From Candidatus Dormiibacterota bacterium (GTDB lineage: Bacteria; Chloroflexota; Dormibacteria; Aeolococcales; Bog-877): DNA of 64,000 nucleotides. Below are positions 46,502-57,142 of the stretch, piece after piece. The stretch is from NCBI GenBank assembly GCA_049279335.1, contig JBAPNX010000024.1:375211-439210 (forward strand). Direction: 5' to 3'. Positions within the stretch are counted from its first letter, which is position 1; the number at the start of each line of letters is the position of its first letter. A program made the translations under genes and the position numbers. The notes under the pieces are model-generated. The model searched no databases and was not told the DNA's origin. It worked only from the letters and a program-made list of their open reading frames with translations.

Positions 46502-49186
46502 GTGCAGCTTGACCGACTGACACAGCGCAGTCGTGAGGCTCTAGAGCAGTCCCAGGAACTGGCAACTGAGCTCCAGCACCCGGAGGTGGAGCCGGAGCAT
46601 CTCCTCCTGGCGCTCGTCGACCAGACCGACGGCGTGGTCTCGCCGCTGCTGCGCCAGGTGGAGGTGGACCCCGGTCAGGTTCGCGCCCGTCTGCTCTCAG
46701 ATCTCGAGAGTCGGCCCAAGCAGCAGGGAGCCAGTCCCCGGCTCTCCCGAGCGCTGGAGGATGTCCTCAACCAGGCCTTCGAGTTCATGGGCAAGCTGGG
46801 TGATGAGTACTGCAGCTCCGAGCACTTGCTAGTGGCGCTGGCCAGTCGCAGAGTCGGCCCGGCGGCGGGGATCCTGGCCCAGTTGGGGGCCACCCCACAG
46901 CGCCTGACCTCGGCCCTGGAGGCCCTCCGCCAGGGACAAAAGGTCACCGACCCTAATCCGGAGAGCAAGTTCCAGGTGCTGGAGCGCTATACCCGCGACC
47001 TCACCCAGCAGGCCCGGGAGGGCAAGCTCGATCCGGTGATCGGGCGCGACGAAGAGATCCGCCGGACCATGCAAGTCCTCTCCCGCCGGACCAAGAACAA
47101 CCCCGTCCTCATCGGGGAGCCCGGGGTGGGCAAGACTGCCATCGTCGAGGGACTGGCGCAACGGATCTCCAGCGGCGACGTGCCTGAGACCCTCAAGGAG
47201 AAGCAGGTGGTGGCCTTGGACCTGGGCGCCCTGATCGCGGGCACCAAGTTCCGGGGAGAGTTCGAGGACCGGCTCAAGGCGCTTCTGAAGGAGGTGACCG
47301 GCTCCGACGGCCGGATCATCATGTTCATCGACGAGCTCCACACCCTGATCGGGGCAGGAGCGGCCGAGGGCGCCATGGACGCGGGCAATATGCTCAAGCC
47401 CGCGCTGGCTCGGGGCGAGCTGAGGGCGATCGGAGCCACCACCTTCGACGAGTACCGCAGGTACATCGAGCGCGACGCCGCCCTGGAGCGCCGCTTCCAA
47501 CCGGTCCAGGTGGGTGAGCCGTCGGTGGAGGACACCATCAGCATTCTGAGAGGCCTTAAAGAGCGCTATGAGGTCCATCACGGAGTGCGGATCAAGGATT
47601 CGGCTCTGGTGGCGGCGGCGGTTCTCTCCAGCCGATACATATCGGGACGTTTCTTGCCGGACAAGGCGATCGACCTTGTCGATGAGGCCGCGTCTCGGCT
47701 TCGGATGGAGATCGATTCCATGCCGGTGGAGCTGGACGCGGTGGAACGGCAGGTACGCCAGCTGGAGATCGAGCGCGAGGCGCTGCGCAAGGAGACCGAC
47801 CGTGCCTCGGCGGACCGACTGCAGGCACTGGAGCGCGAGCTGGCTGAGCTCCAGGAAAGCGCTGTGGGGCTGCGCCAGCGCTGGGAGCGGGAGAAGGCTG
47901 TCATCGGTCAGATCCGCGCCACCAAGCAGGAGCTTGAGCGCACCGCCTTCGAAGCCGAGCGGGCCGAGCGGCTGGCCGACTTCGCCAAGGCAGCCGAGCT
48001 TCGCTACGGCAAGCTGAACGAGCTGCGCAAGCGGCTGGAGCAGGAGCAACAGCAGCTGACCCAAGACCAGGGCGGCAGCCCTTTGCTACAGGAGGAGGTT
48101 GGCGAGGAGGACATCGCCGAGGTGGTGGCGCGCTGGACCGGGATTCCGGTGCAGCGCATGCTCGAGGGCGAGATGCACAAGCTGCTGCAGATGGAGGACC
48201 GCCTGCACCAGCGGGTTGTCGGCCAAGACGAAGCCATCGCGGCGGTTGCCAGCTCAGTACGTCTGGCTCGCGCAGGCCTCAACGATCCCCGTCGTCCCTT
48301 GGGTTCGTTCATCTTCCTGGGGCCCACCGGAGTTGGCAAGACCGAGGTGGCCCGAGCCCTAGCTGAGTTCCTCTTCGACAGCGAGGACGCCATGATCCGG
48401 CTGGACATGAGTGAGTACATGGAGAAGCACTCGGTGGCTCGCCTGGTGGGTGCTCCCCCCGGCTACGTCGGCTACGACGAGGGTGGCCAGCTCACCGAGG
48501 CGGTGCGGCGGCGCCCCTACGCGGTGCTTTTGCTGGACGAGATCGAGAAAGCCCATCCCGACATCTTCAACATCCTGCTGCAGCTACTCGACGACGGTCG
48601 CCTGACCGATGGCAAGGGCCGCACGGTGGACTTCCGGAACTGCGTCGTGATCATGACCAGCAACCTGGGCAGCCCCGTGATCGCGGCACTTCCCGACCAT
48701 GCCAGCCATGAGCAGGAGGAGGCCGCCAAGTCGGAGGTGCTGGCCGAGCTGCGCCAGCATTTCCGCCCCGAGTTCCTCAATCGGGTCGACGACGTCATCC
48801 TCTTCCACCGACTCGACCAGGCCCAGTTGGAGCGGATCGTGGAGCTCCAGTTGCGCCAGCTGGAGGAGCGTCTCGCCCACCGCCGACTGCAGCTGCAGGT
48901 TATGCCTGCTGCCAGGGCTTGGCTCGCAGAGCAGGGCTACGATCCCGTCTACGGGGCCCGCCCGCTACGACGGGTGCTGCAACGCCAACTTGGCGACCGC
49001 ATCGCCACCGCCGTCCTCCAGGGTGATTTTGGCGAGGGTGACACCATCCTGGTAGATGCGGGGAGTGACGGCCTCGTCCTCAGCCGGGGCGGGGGCTCTT
49101 TTCCGGGACCGGAGGAGCCCGAAGAAGCGCAGGGCGGCAAGACCCCGGTCGAGGTTGAGCCGGTGAGAGGCGCTCAAGCGGGCTGA
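46502..49186 (+). CDS. clpB: ATP-dependent chaperone ClpB
   Basis: N-domain, two AAA+ modules ([16 protein letters not shown]) with a long coiled-coil middle domain between them. 894 aa. Confidence 0.95.
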   Translation: MQLDRLTQRSREALEQSQELATELQHPEVEPEHLLLALVDQTDGVVSPLLRQVEVDPGQVRARLLSDLESRPKQQGASPRLSRALEDVLNQAFEFMGKLGDEYCSSEHLLVALASRRVGPAAGILAQLGATPQRLTSALEALRQGQKVTDPNPESKFQVLERYTRDLTQQAREGKLDPVIGRDEEIRRTMQVLSRRTKNNPVLIGEPGVGKTAIVEGLAQRISSGDVPETLKEKQVVALDLGALIAGTKFRGEFEDRLKALLKEVTGSDGRIIMFIDELHTLIGAGAAEGAMDAGNMLKPALARGELRAIGATTFDEYRRYIERDAALERRFQPVQVGEPSVEDTISILRGLKERYEVHHGVRIKDSALVAAAVLSSRYISGRFLPDKAIDLVDEAASRLRMEIDSMPVELDAVERQVRQLEIEREALRKETDRASADRLQALERELAELQESAVGLRQRWEREKAVIGQIRATKQELERTAFEAERAERLADFAKAAELRYGKLNELRKRLEQEQQQLTQDQGGSPLLQEEVGEEDIAEVVARWTGIPVQRMLEGEMHKLLQMEDRLHQRVVGQDEAIAAVASSVRLARAGLNDPRRPLGSFIFLGPTGVGKTEVARALAEFLFDSEDAMIRLDMSEYMEKHSVARLVGAPPGYVGYDEGGQLTEAVRRRPYAVLLLDEIEKAHPDIFNILLQLLDDGRLTDGKGRTVDFRNCVVIMTSNLGSPVIAALPDHASHEQEEAAKSEVLAELRQHFRPEFLNRVDDVILFHRLDQAQLERIVELQLRQLEERLAHRRLQLQVMPAARAWLAEQGYDPVYGARPLRRVLQRQLGDRIATAVLQGDFGEGDTILVDAGSDGLVLSRGGGSFPGPEEPEEAQGGKTPVEVEPVRGAQAG

Positions 49187-49326
49187 CCCTGATCGGGAGC
49201 CGCAAGGGGCGGCGATCGAGAGGGTCGCCTTCCCCGGCGATATGCCTCCGCGGTGGAACCCAATCGTGTAGGCCGATCGAGTGGCTGGGCCGTTACCCTC
49301 AAGAGGTTGCAGCTCGCCAGCTCGCA

Positions 49327-49398
49327 GGCCGACGTAGCTCAGTGGTAGAGCAGCGGTTTCGTAAACCGCTTGTCCGGGGTTCAAATCCCCGCGTCGGC
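49327..49398 (+). tRNA. tRNA-Thr (anticodon CGU)
   Basis: Cloverleaf: acceptor GCCGACG/CGTCGGC, D-arm GCTC-AGTGGTA-GAGC, anticodon arm GCGGT-TTCGTAA-ACCGC (anticodon CGT), T-arm CGGGG-TTCAAAT-CCCCG. CC encoded, A not encoded. Confidence 0.85.
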
Positions 49399-49729
49399 TC
49401 CGTTTTCATGTGCTAGTTCGGGTGACACGTCGCCAAAGGGCTTCGGCTGATGGGTCGCACAACTTCGGCTGAGGTGTCATCACTTCCTCAGCCTGGTGTT
49501 CCCGCTCGATCATTCAGACTTCGAATTCCTCGATTCTTAGCCGAGTGATGGCGGCGCTGGCGCGCCACCCGTCGCCTAACTTGCGCACCGTCTGACGCCG
49601 GACCTGTCGAAGTGGCCACCGGATCCCAAACACCGCGGCTAGTTACTGTCGGTACTGCCGCCACCCAGGCGGTTTCGCAGCTTGCGCGCCCAACATGATC
49701 AGTCGAGCCAGGAGGACCACTCATGTCCT

Positions 49730-50344
49730 CTAGTGCTTGGGCTCCAGCCTCCACGTGAACCATGGCACCACTTGGGGGACGTGCTGACGGTATCGGGCGT
49801 AGTCATCCGGGAACGTCGCCGCCATCAGGCGTTCCTCAGAACGGATCTTGGCCCCGAAGACCACGACCGCAAACGGAAGGATGAGAATCCAGGACCCAAC
49901 CCCGGCCAGTAGCACCGATCCCAGGAGCATGCCAAGCACTCCCGTGTAGATGGGGTTGCGGGTGATGCCGTACGGCCCGTCAGTTCGGAGTTGATGATTC
50001 TCTCTGAGTACCGTTTCGATGCTCCACATGGTGCCTAACGCGGCGCGAGCCCAAAGCGTGAAGGCCGTAGACAGGAGGAGGATGGCCAGTCCAAAACCGG
50101 TGACCCAGAGGGAGTCCACCTGAAGGTGGTCCCAATCGGCAGCGGAGACCACATGGGCGACCACGACCAAAACAGCCACCGACGCGACGATGATCCCGAC
50201 GAAAGACCTGGGCATCATGTTCCACCTGGCGCGCCTCGGCCCTTTCGCCGCGTTGTAGATCGCGCCAACCACCCAGACCGAAGCAAACGCCACCCAGCAG
50301 ACCGCGATCCCGATCGTGGCGACCAATTGCTGAGATTGCGGCAC
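49730..50344 (-). CDS. Isoprenylcysteine carboxyl methyltransferase (ICMT/PEMT) family membrane protein
   Basis: Multi-TM with C-terminal ...RTDGPYGITRNPIYTG...EERLMAATFPDDYARYRQHVP, the ICMT family signature. Confidence 0.7.
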   Translation of the reverse strand: MPQSQQLVATIGIAVCWVAFASVWVVGAIYNAAKGPRRARWNMMPRSFVGIIVASVAVLVVVAHVVSAADWDHLQVDSLWVTGFGLAILLLSTAFTLWARAALGTMWSIETVLRENHQLRTDGPYGITRNPIYTGVLGMLLGSVLLAGVGSWILILPFAVVVFGAKIRSEERLMAATFPDDYARYRQHVPQVVPWFTWRLEPKH

Positions 50345-50495
50345 CGTGCCACTCTAGTCCAACATCGCCGGGATTGCCCGCGATCGCCTGCTGTCCTGAG
50401 CCGGTCTCCTAACTGAATCGCCGTCTTCTGATCTCGAGCGATGGCAGCGGATGGAACTCGGGTGCAGCGAGGCTGGACTAGGGGTTGCAGTACGG

Positions 50496-50951
50496 TCAGC
50501 TTTTGCCACGAAGGTCAGCGATGACTCGGAAACGTTCCAGTACCACCAGAGTTGCGTCGTCCACGGTGAAGGCGGGGTTGCCCAGCGCACGTCGCATCTT
50601 TGGACTATGCCAAAAGCGCACGTGCGCCTTCCTCCACTGGGAGATGGTGGTGAACCCCTCGCCCTCGGCGACCGCGTGGGCCACGTCAACCTGTACCAAG
50701 GGTGCGACCCGCACGCTGGTCGTCTCGATGATGGCAACGGGCCGCTCATCGGAGTCGACAACCACCGAGAGGTCGCCGACGGTGGGCAACGGCTCGCGGC
50801 CATGCTCGTGCTCCTCGACCAGGCCGGTGGTCGAGGTCTTGGACCCATCAAGGATGGCGGCGACTAGTTGGTCGCGGAAGCGGCCGGGAAAGGCGAACTC
50901 AGCCTTGGGCAGCGCGCCGGGGTCCATCGGCACTGCGGAGTTGCTCGACAC
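50496..50951 (-). CDS. ASCH domain protein
   Basis: AILDGSKTSTTG (compare the ASCH GxKxxExR motif region) and overall beta-barrel pattern. 151 aa. Alternative start at MDPG (50927). Confidence 0.6.
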   Translation of the reverse strand: MSSNSAVPMDPGALPKAEFAFPGRFRDQLVAAILDGSKTSTTGLVEEHEHGREPLPTVGDLSVVVDSDERPVAIIETTSVRVAPLVQVDVAHAVAEGEGFTTISQWRKAHVRFWHSPKMRRALGNPAFTVDDATLVVLERFRVIADLRGKS

Positions 50952-51593
50952 AGACCGATCCTATAGCGCTCGCGAAGGCCCAGCGACTGGGGTCGAAGTC
51001 GCGCCATCAGCTCGTGGGGACTACATTGAGGCCGCAATCGAAGGTGACCTAGCGACTGAGGACGAACATGTCGAGTAAGTCGGCGGTGCTTGTGGTGGTG
51101 GGGACGGCGGCAGCGATGGCCATCATGGATGCGCTGTTTCATATTCATCACGGCTGTTGGGACACGTCGGGGCGAGTCCACCATGATCGAAGCGCTGGCA
51201 CCTTGGCCAGCGAGCCCAGAGCTCGTATGGCTTGAGCTCGACGGCACGGGCAGATCAGGGGCAAGGCGCGAGGGGTGCCTCCCCGGCCGCTTGGGCAGGG
51301 GGCACCGATGTCATTCCATGATCTGCCCCATGCCGTCGCGAGCTAATGATCGTGTCGCGGTCGACCCAGGTACCGTCTCGGCTTGACGGGCGGCTCCGTC
51401 ATCAGCCTCGCCACATCCACGATGTCGTGGTCGCGCTGAGTCTCAAGCGCCGAGCAACGGATCAGCGGTCCGGTTGCTGGCGCACCCGAGAGATCACCGT
51501 TGGGCTCCTCTTGGACTACCCGGTGCAGTTTGCGGGCCCTGGAGGTGAACCACCTGAGACCTAGCCACGGGCCAAACACCACCGAAATGGCCG

Positions 51594-52331
51594 TTGTTGG
51601 GGCCAGTGGCTGGCGTCGCTGACGTAGGCTCCGGCCCATCCAGGGGGACGGACGTCCGATTTCCTGCCACGCTTGGCCGAGGAGTGGTCGTCGGCGCGAT
51701 CTGCTGGGCCCTATGTCTGCTCTTCTTCATCGATCAGGGGATCGCTGAAGCAGCCTCCAAGGCCCCCTACAGCCCCATCACCAATCTCATCAGTGACCTC
51801 GGCGTCACCAGGTGTGGTCCTCTGGCCCTGGGCAGTTATCACAACAGCATCTGTTCTCCGCTCCATGCGCTCATCGACTGGACGTTCGTTGTTGTCGGGG
51901 TGCTGCAGGCGCTCGGAGCCATCCTTCTCTTCCCTGCGTGGCCGCGGCAGAGCCGTGAATGGATAAACGGCATGATCGGCCTCGCACTTATCCCGATGGC
52001 CGGCGCCTGCCTGACGATCGTAGGTTTGGCGCCGGAGAACGTCTCACCGGACGCGCACGCCACCGCCGCCAAGATCGGGATCTACCTCTTGAATGCGGCG
52101 GTCCTTCAGATTGGCATCAGCCTAGTGCGCGTCAGCCGAGTTGCTGGGGGCCTGAGCCTTGTTGCCGCGATCACCGGCTGGGTCGGCACCGGGCTCCTGT
52201 TCGGCGCTGCTACGGCTGTCCCCCTTGGTCTCTCAGAGAGGTTGGCGGACTTTCCCGGGTCAGGGGTACTGGTAGCGCTCGGGGTGTTCGTACTCGCAAG
52301 GGCGCTTCACGCCCGGCTCCGAACGTCGTGA
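51594..52331 (+). CDS. DUF998-like integral membrane protein
   Basis: 6 hydrophobic helices with conserved CGPLALG and NSICSPLHAL segments as in DUF998 proteins. Start uncertain. Confidence 0.5.
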   Translation: MLGPVAGVADVGSGPSRGTDVRFPATLGRGVVVGAICWALCLLFFIDQGIAEAASKAPYSPITNLISDLGVTRCGPLALGSYHNSICSPLHALIDWTFVVVGVLQALGAILLFPAWPRQSREWINGMIGLALIPMAGACLTIVGLAPENVSPDAHATAAKIGIYLLNAAVLQIGISLVRVSRVAGGLSLVAAITGWVGTGLLFGAATAVPLGLSERLADFPGSGVLVALGVFVLARALHARLRTS

Positions 52332-52588
52332 CGTACCGACCTCAAACAGGGTGTACCAGGAACTCCAACCGGTCAAGTCGTCCATCAGCAGATGAAGCAT
52401 GGCAAGAGTCAAGCAGCAAAACAGGAAAGCGCGACCGGAGCCACCGAGGGTGCGCCCCAGGCCTTGGGTGTGTCCTGGGCTCTCCCAGCTCCCCTCGAGC
52501 GACAACCTTGGCCCTATCTACACGAATTTGACCAGCGCGCACACAAAATCCCAACGTCGGGGATGCCACGGAAACCCAGGGAGGCTGG

Positions 52589-52843
52589 ATGGGAACGCCT
52601 GAGACCGGCCCGCCCCTTGAGCCACTCTCCCGGGAAGACTTGGTGGCGACGGCGGCTGCTGGGGAGGAGCTCGGTCCGGAACACACTGCCGTGCTTGTCG
52701 ACTCCTTCCTCTCCAAGGTGGAGAAGGAGATTGATGCCAGGGTGGACGCCCGGCTGGCCAAAGGCCGGAAGGCGGTCGTGTCAGACCACTCCCGGGGGGT
52801 TGGGGTCGTCCTTCCATTAGGGTCGATAGTGCTGGCAATACCC
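52589..52843 (+). CDS. Hypothetical protein; likely continues in another frame (possible frameshift near the G-run at about 52795-52800)
   Basis: N-terminal 85 aa look protein-like (LSREDLVATAAAGEELGPEHTAVLVDSFLSKVEKEIDARVDARL...). Downstream in-frame sequence is Arg/Gly junk. A neighbouring frame encodes a TM-like segment (ITGAIAGTTSGDQALIGLAVAWAGIAAVNVAHVLG). Confidence 0.3.
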
Positions 52844-53170
52844 CATCACCGGAGCCATCGCCGGAACTACGTCCGGAGACCAAGCATTAATCGGGCTGGC
52901 GGTCGCATGGGCGGGAATCGCAGCCGTCAACGTGGCCCACGTGCTAGGCAGACGCACGGTGAGCGGGGCCCGCATACCTGCCAGGCGCCCAGCCGGCCAC
53001 GGGCCGGGGAGCCGCCACCCGACCGCGGTGGTGGCGGGCCAGATCTGGGAAGTGGGTCGAGGCACCTCAGTCCGCCAGCGGACAGACACCAGACCCAATA
53101 TGGCGCACAGTGGTGCTGACGTCTGGATAGGTCGACCGGGACGCCAACGCATCGGCGTGCGTCAATCGGG

Positions 53171-53602
53171 TTGACTCCGGGAGACCCAGACATGATCGCA
53201 CCAGAAGTCAGCGAACAAGAACGCACGGCGACCCGCGTCGATCCTGCCGGTAACGGCGAGCAGACCACAACCCGCACCACTGCCACCGTGACGCCGATGG
53301 GGTCCAGGCTGCAGAGCGCGGTATGGCTTGCGGTCGGGATCGTAGACGTGATCCTGGCGCTGGATTTTGTCTTCAAACTCCTGGCCGCAGCGAACGTTGG
53401 GTTCGTCGGGTTCATCACCAGCGTCGCTGGATCCCTGAGCGCCCCGTTCAGGGGAGTGATGGCTTCGTCGGTACCAAGCGGACACTACTTTTACTGGCCC
53501 GACGTGGTGGCGGTGGTGGTGTATGTGATCGCTGCTTGGATCGTAGTCAGCCTGATCCGGATCATGGCCGGCCGCCGCTCTCCTCAGAAGAACGGGATCT
53601 GA
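53171..53602 (+). CDS. YggT-family membrane protein
   Basis: AVWLAVGIVDVILALDFVFKLLAA...SAPFRGV...YVIAAWIVVSLI resembles the YGGT repeat. Start likely internal (MIAPEV or MGSRLQ). Confidence 0.45.
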   Translation: MTPGDPDMIAPEVSEQERTATRVDPAGNGEQTTTRTTATVTPMGSRLQSAVWLAVGIVDVILALDFVFKLLAAANVGFVGFITSVAGSLSAPFRGVMASSVPSGHYFYWPDVVAVVVYVIAAWIVVSLIRIMAGRRSPQKNGI

Positions 53603-53694
53603 TGCGACAGGGAACCACTCTGGCAGCGGAACAGCACGCCAGCGTATGGGCGTGGGCGTGCGCCAAACAGGTTGAGTCTTTGGAGGAACTGGCA

Positions 53695-53850
53695 TGATCG
53701 TACTGGGCGTCATTCTGCTAATCGCCGGGTTCGTATTGGCGATTCCAATACTCTGGACAATCGGCGTGATCCTAGCCCTGGTCGGGCTCGCTCTCTGGGT
53801 CCTAGGCAGCATGGGTCACAAAGTCGGACGCCGTGCCCACTACTACTGAT
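53695..53850 (+). CDS. Small (51 aa) two-helix membrane protein, not in the supplied ORF track
   Basis: ATG preceded by GGAGGA at the ideal 6-nt spacing. Encodes MIVLGVILLIAGFVLAIPILWTIGVILALVGLALWVLGSMGHKVGRRAHYY. Codon usage matches the genome (GC3-rich). Confidence 0.5.
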
Positions 53851-53999
53851 AGGCGGTGCCTCGGCCAGACGACGGTGTCAGTGGGCGGTGGGTCACTTAC
53901 AGCGACTCGACTGGGCAAGCGGACACTCCCCTCCACCGCGTCATCGAGAGTTCCAGCTCAGCAGCAGACGACGGCTGAGCTGGAGCGGGGCGTCCTCCG

Positions 54000-54584
54000 G
54001 TGTTGAACGCGACGCGGACCAGCACGCAGGAACTCGCCGTGGACACGGGTTCCGATGCCGTCATCGCGGCTGGCGACGGCCCTGGGACGGGACTGGCAGC
54101 CGATGCGTCCAGCTACGTGGTGGATCTGTGGATCGACTTGGTTAGTCAGGCTGCGAGCAGTGAGTCGTCGCCGCGACTTTTGAGTGTCACCGGGCTGAGT
54201 CGCCAGCAGTTCCGGGCACTCAACTGCCTCCAGAGCGAACCGCTTTCGATCCCCGGTCTTGCCCACTGCCTGGGCATCAGCACAGCTGCAGCCACGGCGA
54301 CTGCGGACTGCCTCGTTGCCGCCGGAGCTGCAGAACGCTTTCGGGATACTCTCGACGGCCGGAAGGTCCGGGTGGTAGCCACGGTCGCAGGGATTCAGAT
54401 GGCGAGCGACTACCGGGCCACCCAAGTGGCGCTGCTGGAGACGCTGCTGGGCAATCTGGTGCCCGCGAGGCGGGCGGTCCTCGCCCTGGCCATGCAAGAA
54501 ATAGCGAAGGCGATGGAATGGACCTCAACAGCGTCGCTTGACCGGACGGTCAGTCCCCATCCAGAGCCCGGGATGTTGAACTAG
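54000..54584 (+). CDS. MarR family transcriptional regulator
   Basis: Winged-HTH region LSRQQFRALNCLQSEPLSIPGLAHCLGISTAAATATADCLVAAGAAER...DGRKVRVV. GTG start. Confidence 0.65.
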   Translation: MLNATRTSTQELAVDTGSDAVIAAGDGPGTGLAADASSYVVDLWIDLVSQAASSESSPRLLSVTGLSRQQFRALNCLQSEPLSIPGLAHCLGISTAAATATADCLVAAGAAERFRDTLDGRKVRVVATVAGIQMASDYRATQVALLETLLGNLVPARRAVLALAMQEIAKAMEWTSTASLDRTVSPHPEPGMLN

Positions 54585-55080
54585 GCTGCGTCGCCCCTCG
54601 ATCGGCCCGAGCCCTCCGCTGGTCGACCCGAACCCGTCCTCTGGATAGATTCGGCGCCGTGACCCCAGCACAGTGACCTTCCAAGCAACGCTTCAGACCT
54701 GGCATACCTTCTACGCGACCACGGGCCAAGCGGCCGCCGGTCTGGTCGGGCTCCTTTTCGTGGGGCCGCGACGATCACCGCTCCGCCTCGGCAGCCAACT
54801 GCGCGAGCAGCCGGGAGCCAACTGTCGTGATGGGCTAGGCCGGGGGTGGTCGTATCAGCCCTGCTGACGTCGATGGCTATGGCTCCGGCCAAACGGATGG
54901 CTCGAGTGCTACCTTGGGCATGAGACCGGCTCGAATGGACATCCGTGCAGGCGCTCGCCGAGATTCCCCGCTTTTCTGTGGAGAGGGGAAGGGATAGAAC
55001 TCTCTCGATTGCGCCAAGGAATTGACGAGGAAATCGAGTCACCTCTTTTTTCTGGTCGTGCTGTGCTCCACAGGCGGGGC

Positions 55081-55644
55081 ATGCCCTCAGCCGACCGGCT
55101 GACCGCAGTTACCTTCGGACTATTGCTGGCCTTTGTCAGTGCGGGCTGCGGAACGACACCTCACGAACCCGGATCGCGTCCGACTCTCCGGCCCAGTGTC
55201 CGCGAGGCCTGCACCGCCTCCAGTCTGACCGTGACAGGAACCTGGCAAGGCGCCACCGGGTCGATGCTCGGAGATATCGCCTTCACCAACACTGGGACAC
55301 GGCGGTGCGCGCTCCCCGGATATCTCGGCCTGGAGTTGGTCAATCAGCGGAGTCAGGTTTTGGCGGTGCAGGTGCAGCGGGGACAGGCGGGTAGCGCCGC
55401 ACTCCCGACCGGTGCGGTGGCCAAGGCTGTTGTGCTGGCACCAGGCAAACCCAACTCTGCTTCAGAGACCTTGCAATGGTCGAACTGGTGTGGAGCTACT
55501 CCGGATAACTTGGCCCTCGACGTGGTCCTGCCCGACCATGAGAAGGTCGCAGCCACCCCGGTACGCCAACCCTGGGGAGTGCCTCGCTGCGACGACTCGG
55601 CGGCACCGTCGGTAATCGTTGAGGGACCCGTTCTGCTCTCGTAG
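55081..55644 (+). CDS. DUF4232 family lipoprotein
   Basis: Lipobox FVSAGC. Cys-containing pattern C..SSLTV......GA.G.....FTNTG...C.L.GY.G and later WCG...CDD are typical of actinobacterial DUF4232. Confidence 0.6.
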   Translation: MPSADRLTAVTFGLLLAFVSAGCGTTPHEPGSRPTLRPSVREACTASSLTVTGTWQGATGSMLGDIAFTNTGTRRCALPGYLGLELVNQRSQVLAVQVQRGQAGSAALPTGAVAKAVVLAPGKPNSASETLQWSNWCGATPDNLALDVVLPDHEKVAATPVRQPWGVPRCDDSAAPSVIVEGPVLLS

Positions 55645-55759
55645 ATGGTTCGGGGCTAGGCAAGAAGATCCCTCGGCGCCGTCCCCAACCGCGGCCTTGC
55701 ACAGGCCTTCGCCCGTGGCTAGTGTGGCTTGATGGTGTCCCGAGTGAGCCAGGTCTGAG

Positions 55760-56764
55760 ATGAGTTCCGTGCAGTCGGCAACGAGCCTGAGCGCCCGCTC
55801 TCAGGCAGCCGAGCAGGCAGCGGGGGCGACTTCCCCGGAGACGATCGCCAAGATCAAACGAACAATGCTCTGGGCCCTCGCCCTGCTGTGGCTGCTGGAT
55901 GCGGCACTCCAGGCCCAGCCGAGGGTGTTCACGATCGACTTCATCAGCAACATCATGAAGCCGTCGATCGCCATCTCCCCGTCATTCATCGGGGCTCTGT
56001 CGAACTGGACCTTGACGTTCGTCACGCCCCACATCTGGCTCTTCAATTGGCTATTCACAGTCACTCAGTTCGTGATTGCTTTCGCACTCCTAGGAGGGCT
56101 GATCAGACGGAACCAAACTCTGATCCGGGCCGGCCTCGTGCTATCGATCGCCTGGGGAATGGTGGTCTGGGTGGCGGGCGAGGGCACCAGCGGTGTTTTT
56201 ACCGGAAACGGGACCTTGTTCACCGGAGCACCGGGATCGGTGTTCCTCTACATGGCGATCGCCATCTTCTACCTGTTGGGTGACAACTGGTGGCAGCTGG
56301 GGGAGCGCTTCTGCCTTCCCCGAGACTTTCTCGCCGTGGTCTTTCTCTACGGCGGAGTTGCCCAGGTGGTGACCCCGGGCTTCTGGGGGTCGCAGGGAAT
56401 TTCGATTCTGATCGTGGGCCAGGCGAGCATGGCGCCCTCCTGGATGATCAACACGATGATGCCCTTGGTTACCCTTACCCACCAGTACCCGGTGATCTCC
56501 AATGCGGTGCTCTCCGCATCCTTCTTAGCTCTGGCCGGTCTTCTGTACGGGCGAAACCCCAAGTCCGTGGGCTTCGTTCTGATGATTCCCGTGCTCGGCG
56601 TCGTCTGGTACTGGGGCCAAGCGTTCGGCGGCATCTTCTCGGGCATGGGGACTGACCCGAACACGATCCCGCCCCTGCTGCTCCTGGCTATCCCCGCTTT
56701 CGTTGTCTGGCGGGCCGGGCGTCGGAGAGTGATAGTCCCCTCGGGGATCGGTACCGGGGAGTAG
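55760..56764 (+). CDS. Hypothetical polytopic membrane protein
   Basis: 334 aa with about 8 hydrophobic helices. No recognisable domain. Confidence 0.45.
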   Translation: MSSVQSATSLSARSQAAEQAAGATSPETIAKIKRTMLWALALLWLLDAALQAQPRVFTIDFISNIMKPSIAISPSFIGALSNWTLTFVTPHIWLFNWLFTVTQFVIAFALLGGLIRRNQTLIRAGLVLSIAWGMVVWVAGEGTSGVFTGNGTLFTGAPGSVFLYMAIAIFYLLGDNWWQLGERFCLPRDFLAVVFLYGGVAQVVTPGFWGSQGISILIVGQASMAPSWMINTMMPLVTLTHQYPVISNAVLSASFLALAGLLYGRNPKSVGFVLMIPVLGVVWYWGQAFGGIFSGMGTDPNTIPPLLLLAIPAFVVWRAGRRRVIVPSGIGTGE

Positions 56765-56832
56765 CTGCGGCACCGGCGCTACCGCCAGCGCCGCCTCGAG
56801 CCACCGAGGTGGGGGCTTGCCACCCCGAGGTA

Positions 56833-57039
56833 TCAGGAGGGCGGCGACGCTGACCGGGCCATGTCCAGCGCCACCGACCAGCCGATCAAGGTCCAACCCA
56901 AGAGCAGATTGACCGCCAGCACTGCGGCCCGCCGGTGGTGACGGTCAAAGGCGACGAAGGTAGGAATGAAGTAGCCAGCGGCCCCGGTCAGGAGCAGTAA
57001 GGGCAGAATCGGGGGCCCCGCGCTGAGATCCAGAACCAT
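56833..57039 (-). CDS. Superinfection-immunity-like small membrane protein (Imm_superinfect family)
   Basis: 69 aa ...GYFIPTFVAFDRHHRRAAVLAVNLLLGWTLIGW... matches the family consensus (GYF.P...A..R.H.....NLLLGWT.IGW). RBS GAGAGGA 7 nt upstream of ATG 57039. Confidence 0.55.
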   Translation of the reverse strand: MVLDLSAGPPILPLLLLTGAAGYFIPTFVAFDRHHRRAAVLAVNLLLGWTLIGWSVALDMARSASPPS

Positions 57040-57142
57040 GGACAAATCCTCTCGCAATGCCGTACCGCGGTGAGCGCCTGGCCGCTCCGAGCCTCCTTCA
57101 GCTCCTGCTCGGAGGCCCTCCGATGCCTTAGCTTTCCCCGAG

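Noticed and set aside
52932-53174. 80-aa + ORF overlapping the region between the frameshift-suspect gene and yggT
   Set aside because: It is likely part of the disrupted upstream gene's alternative frame (contains its TM segment) rather than an independent gene. It is described under the frameshift finding.
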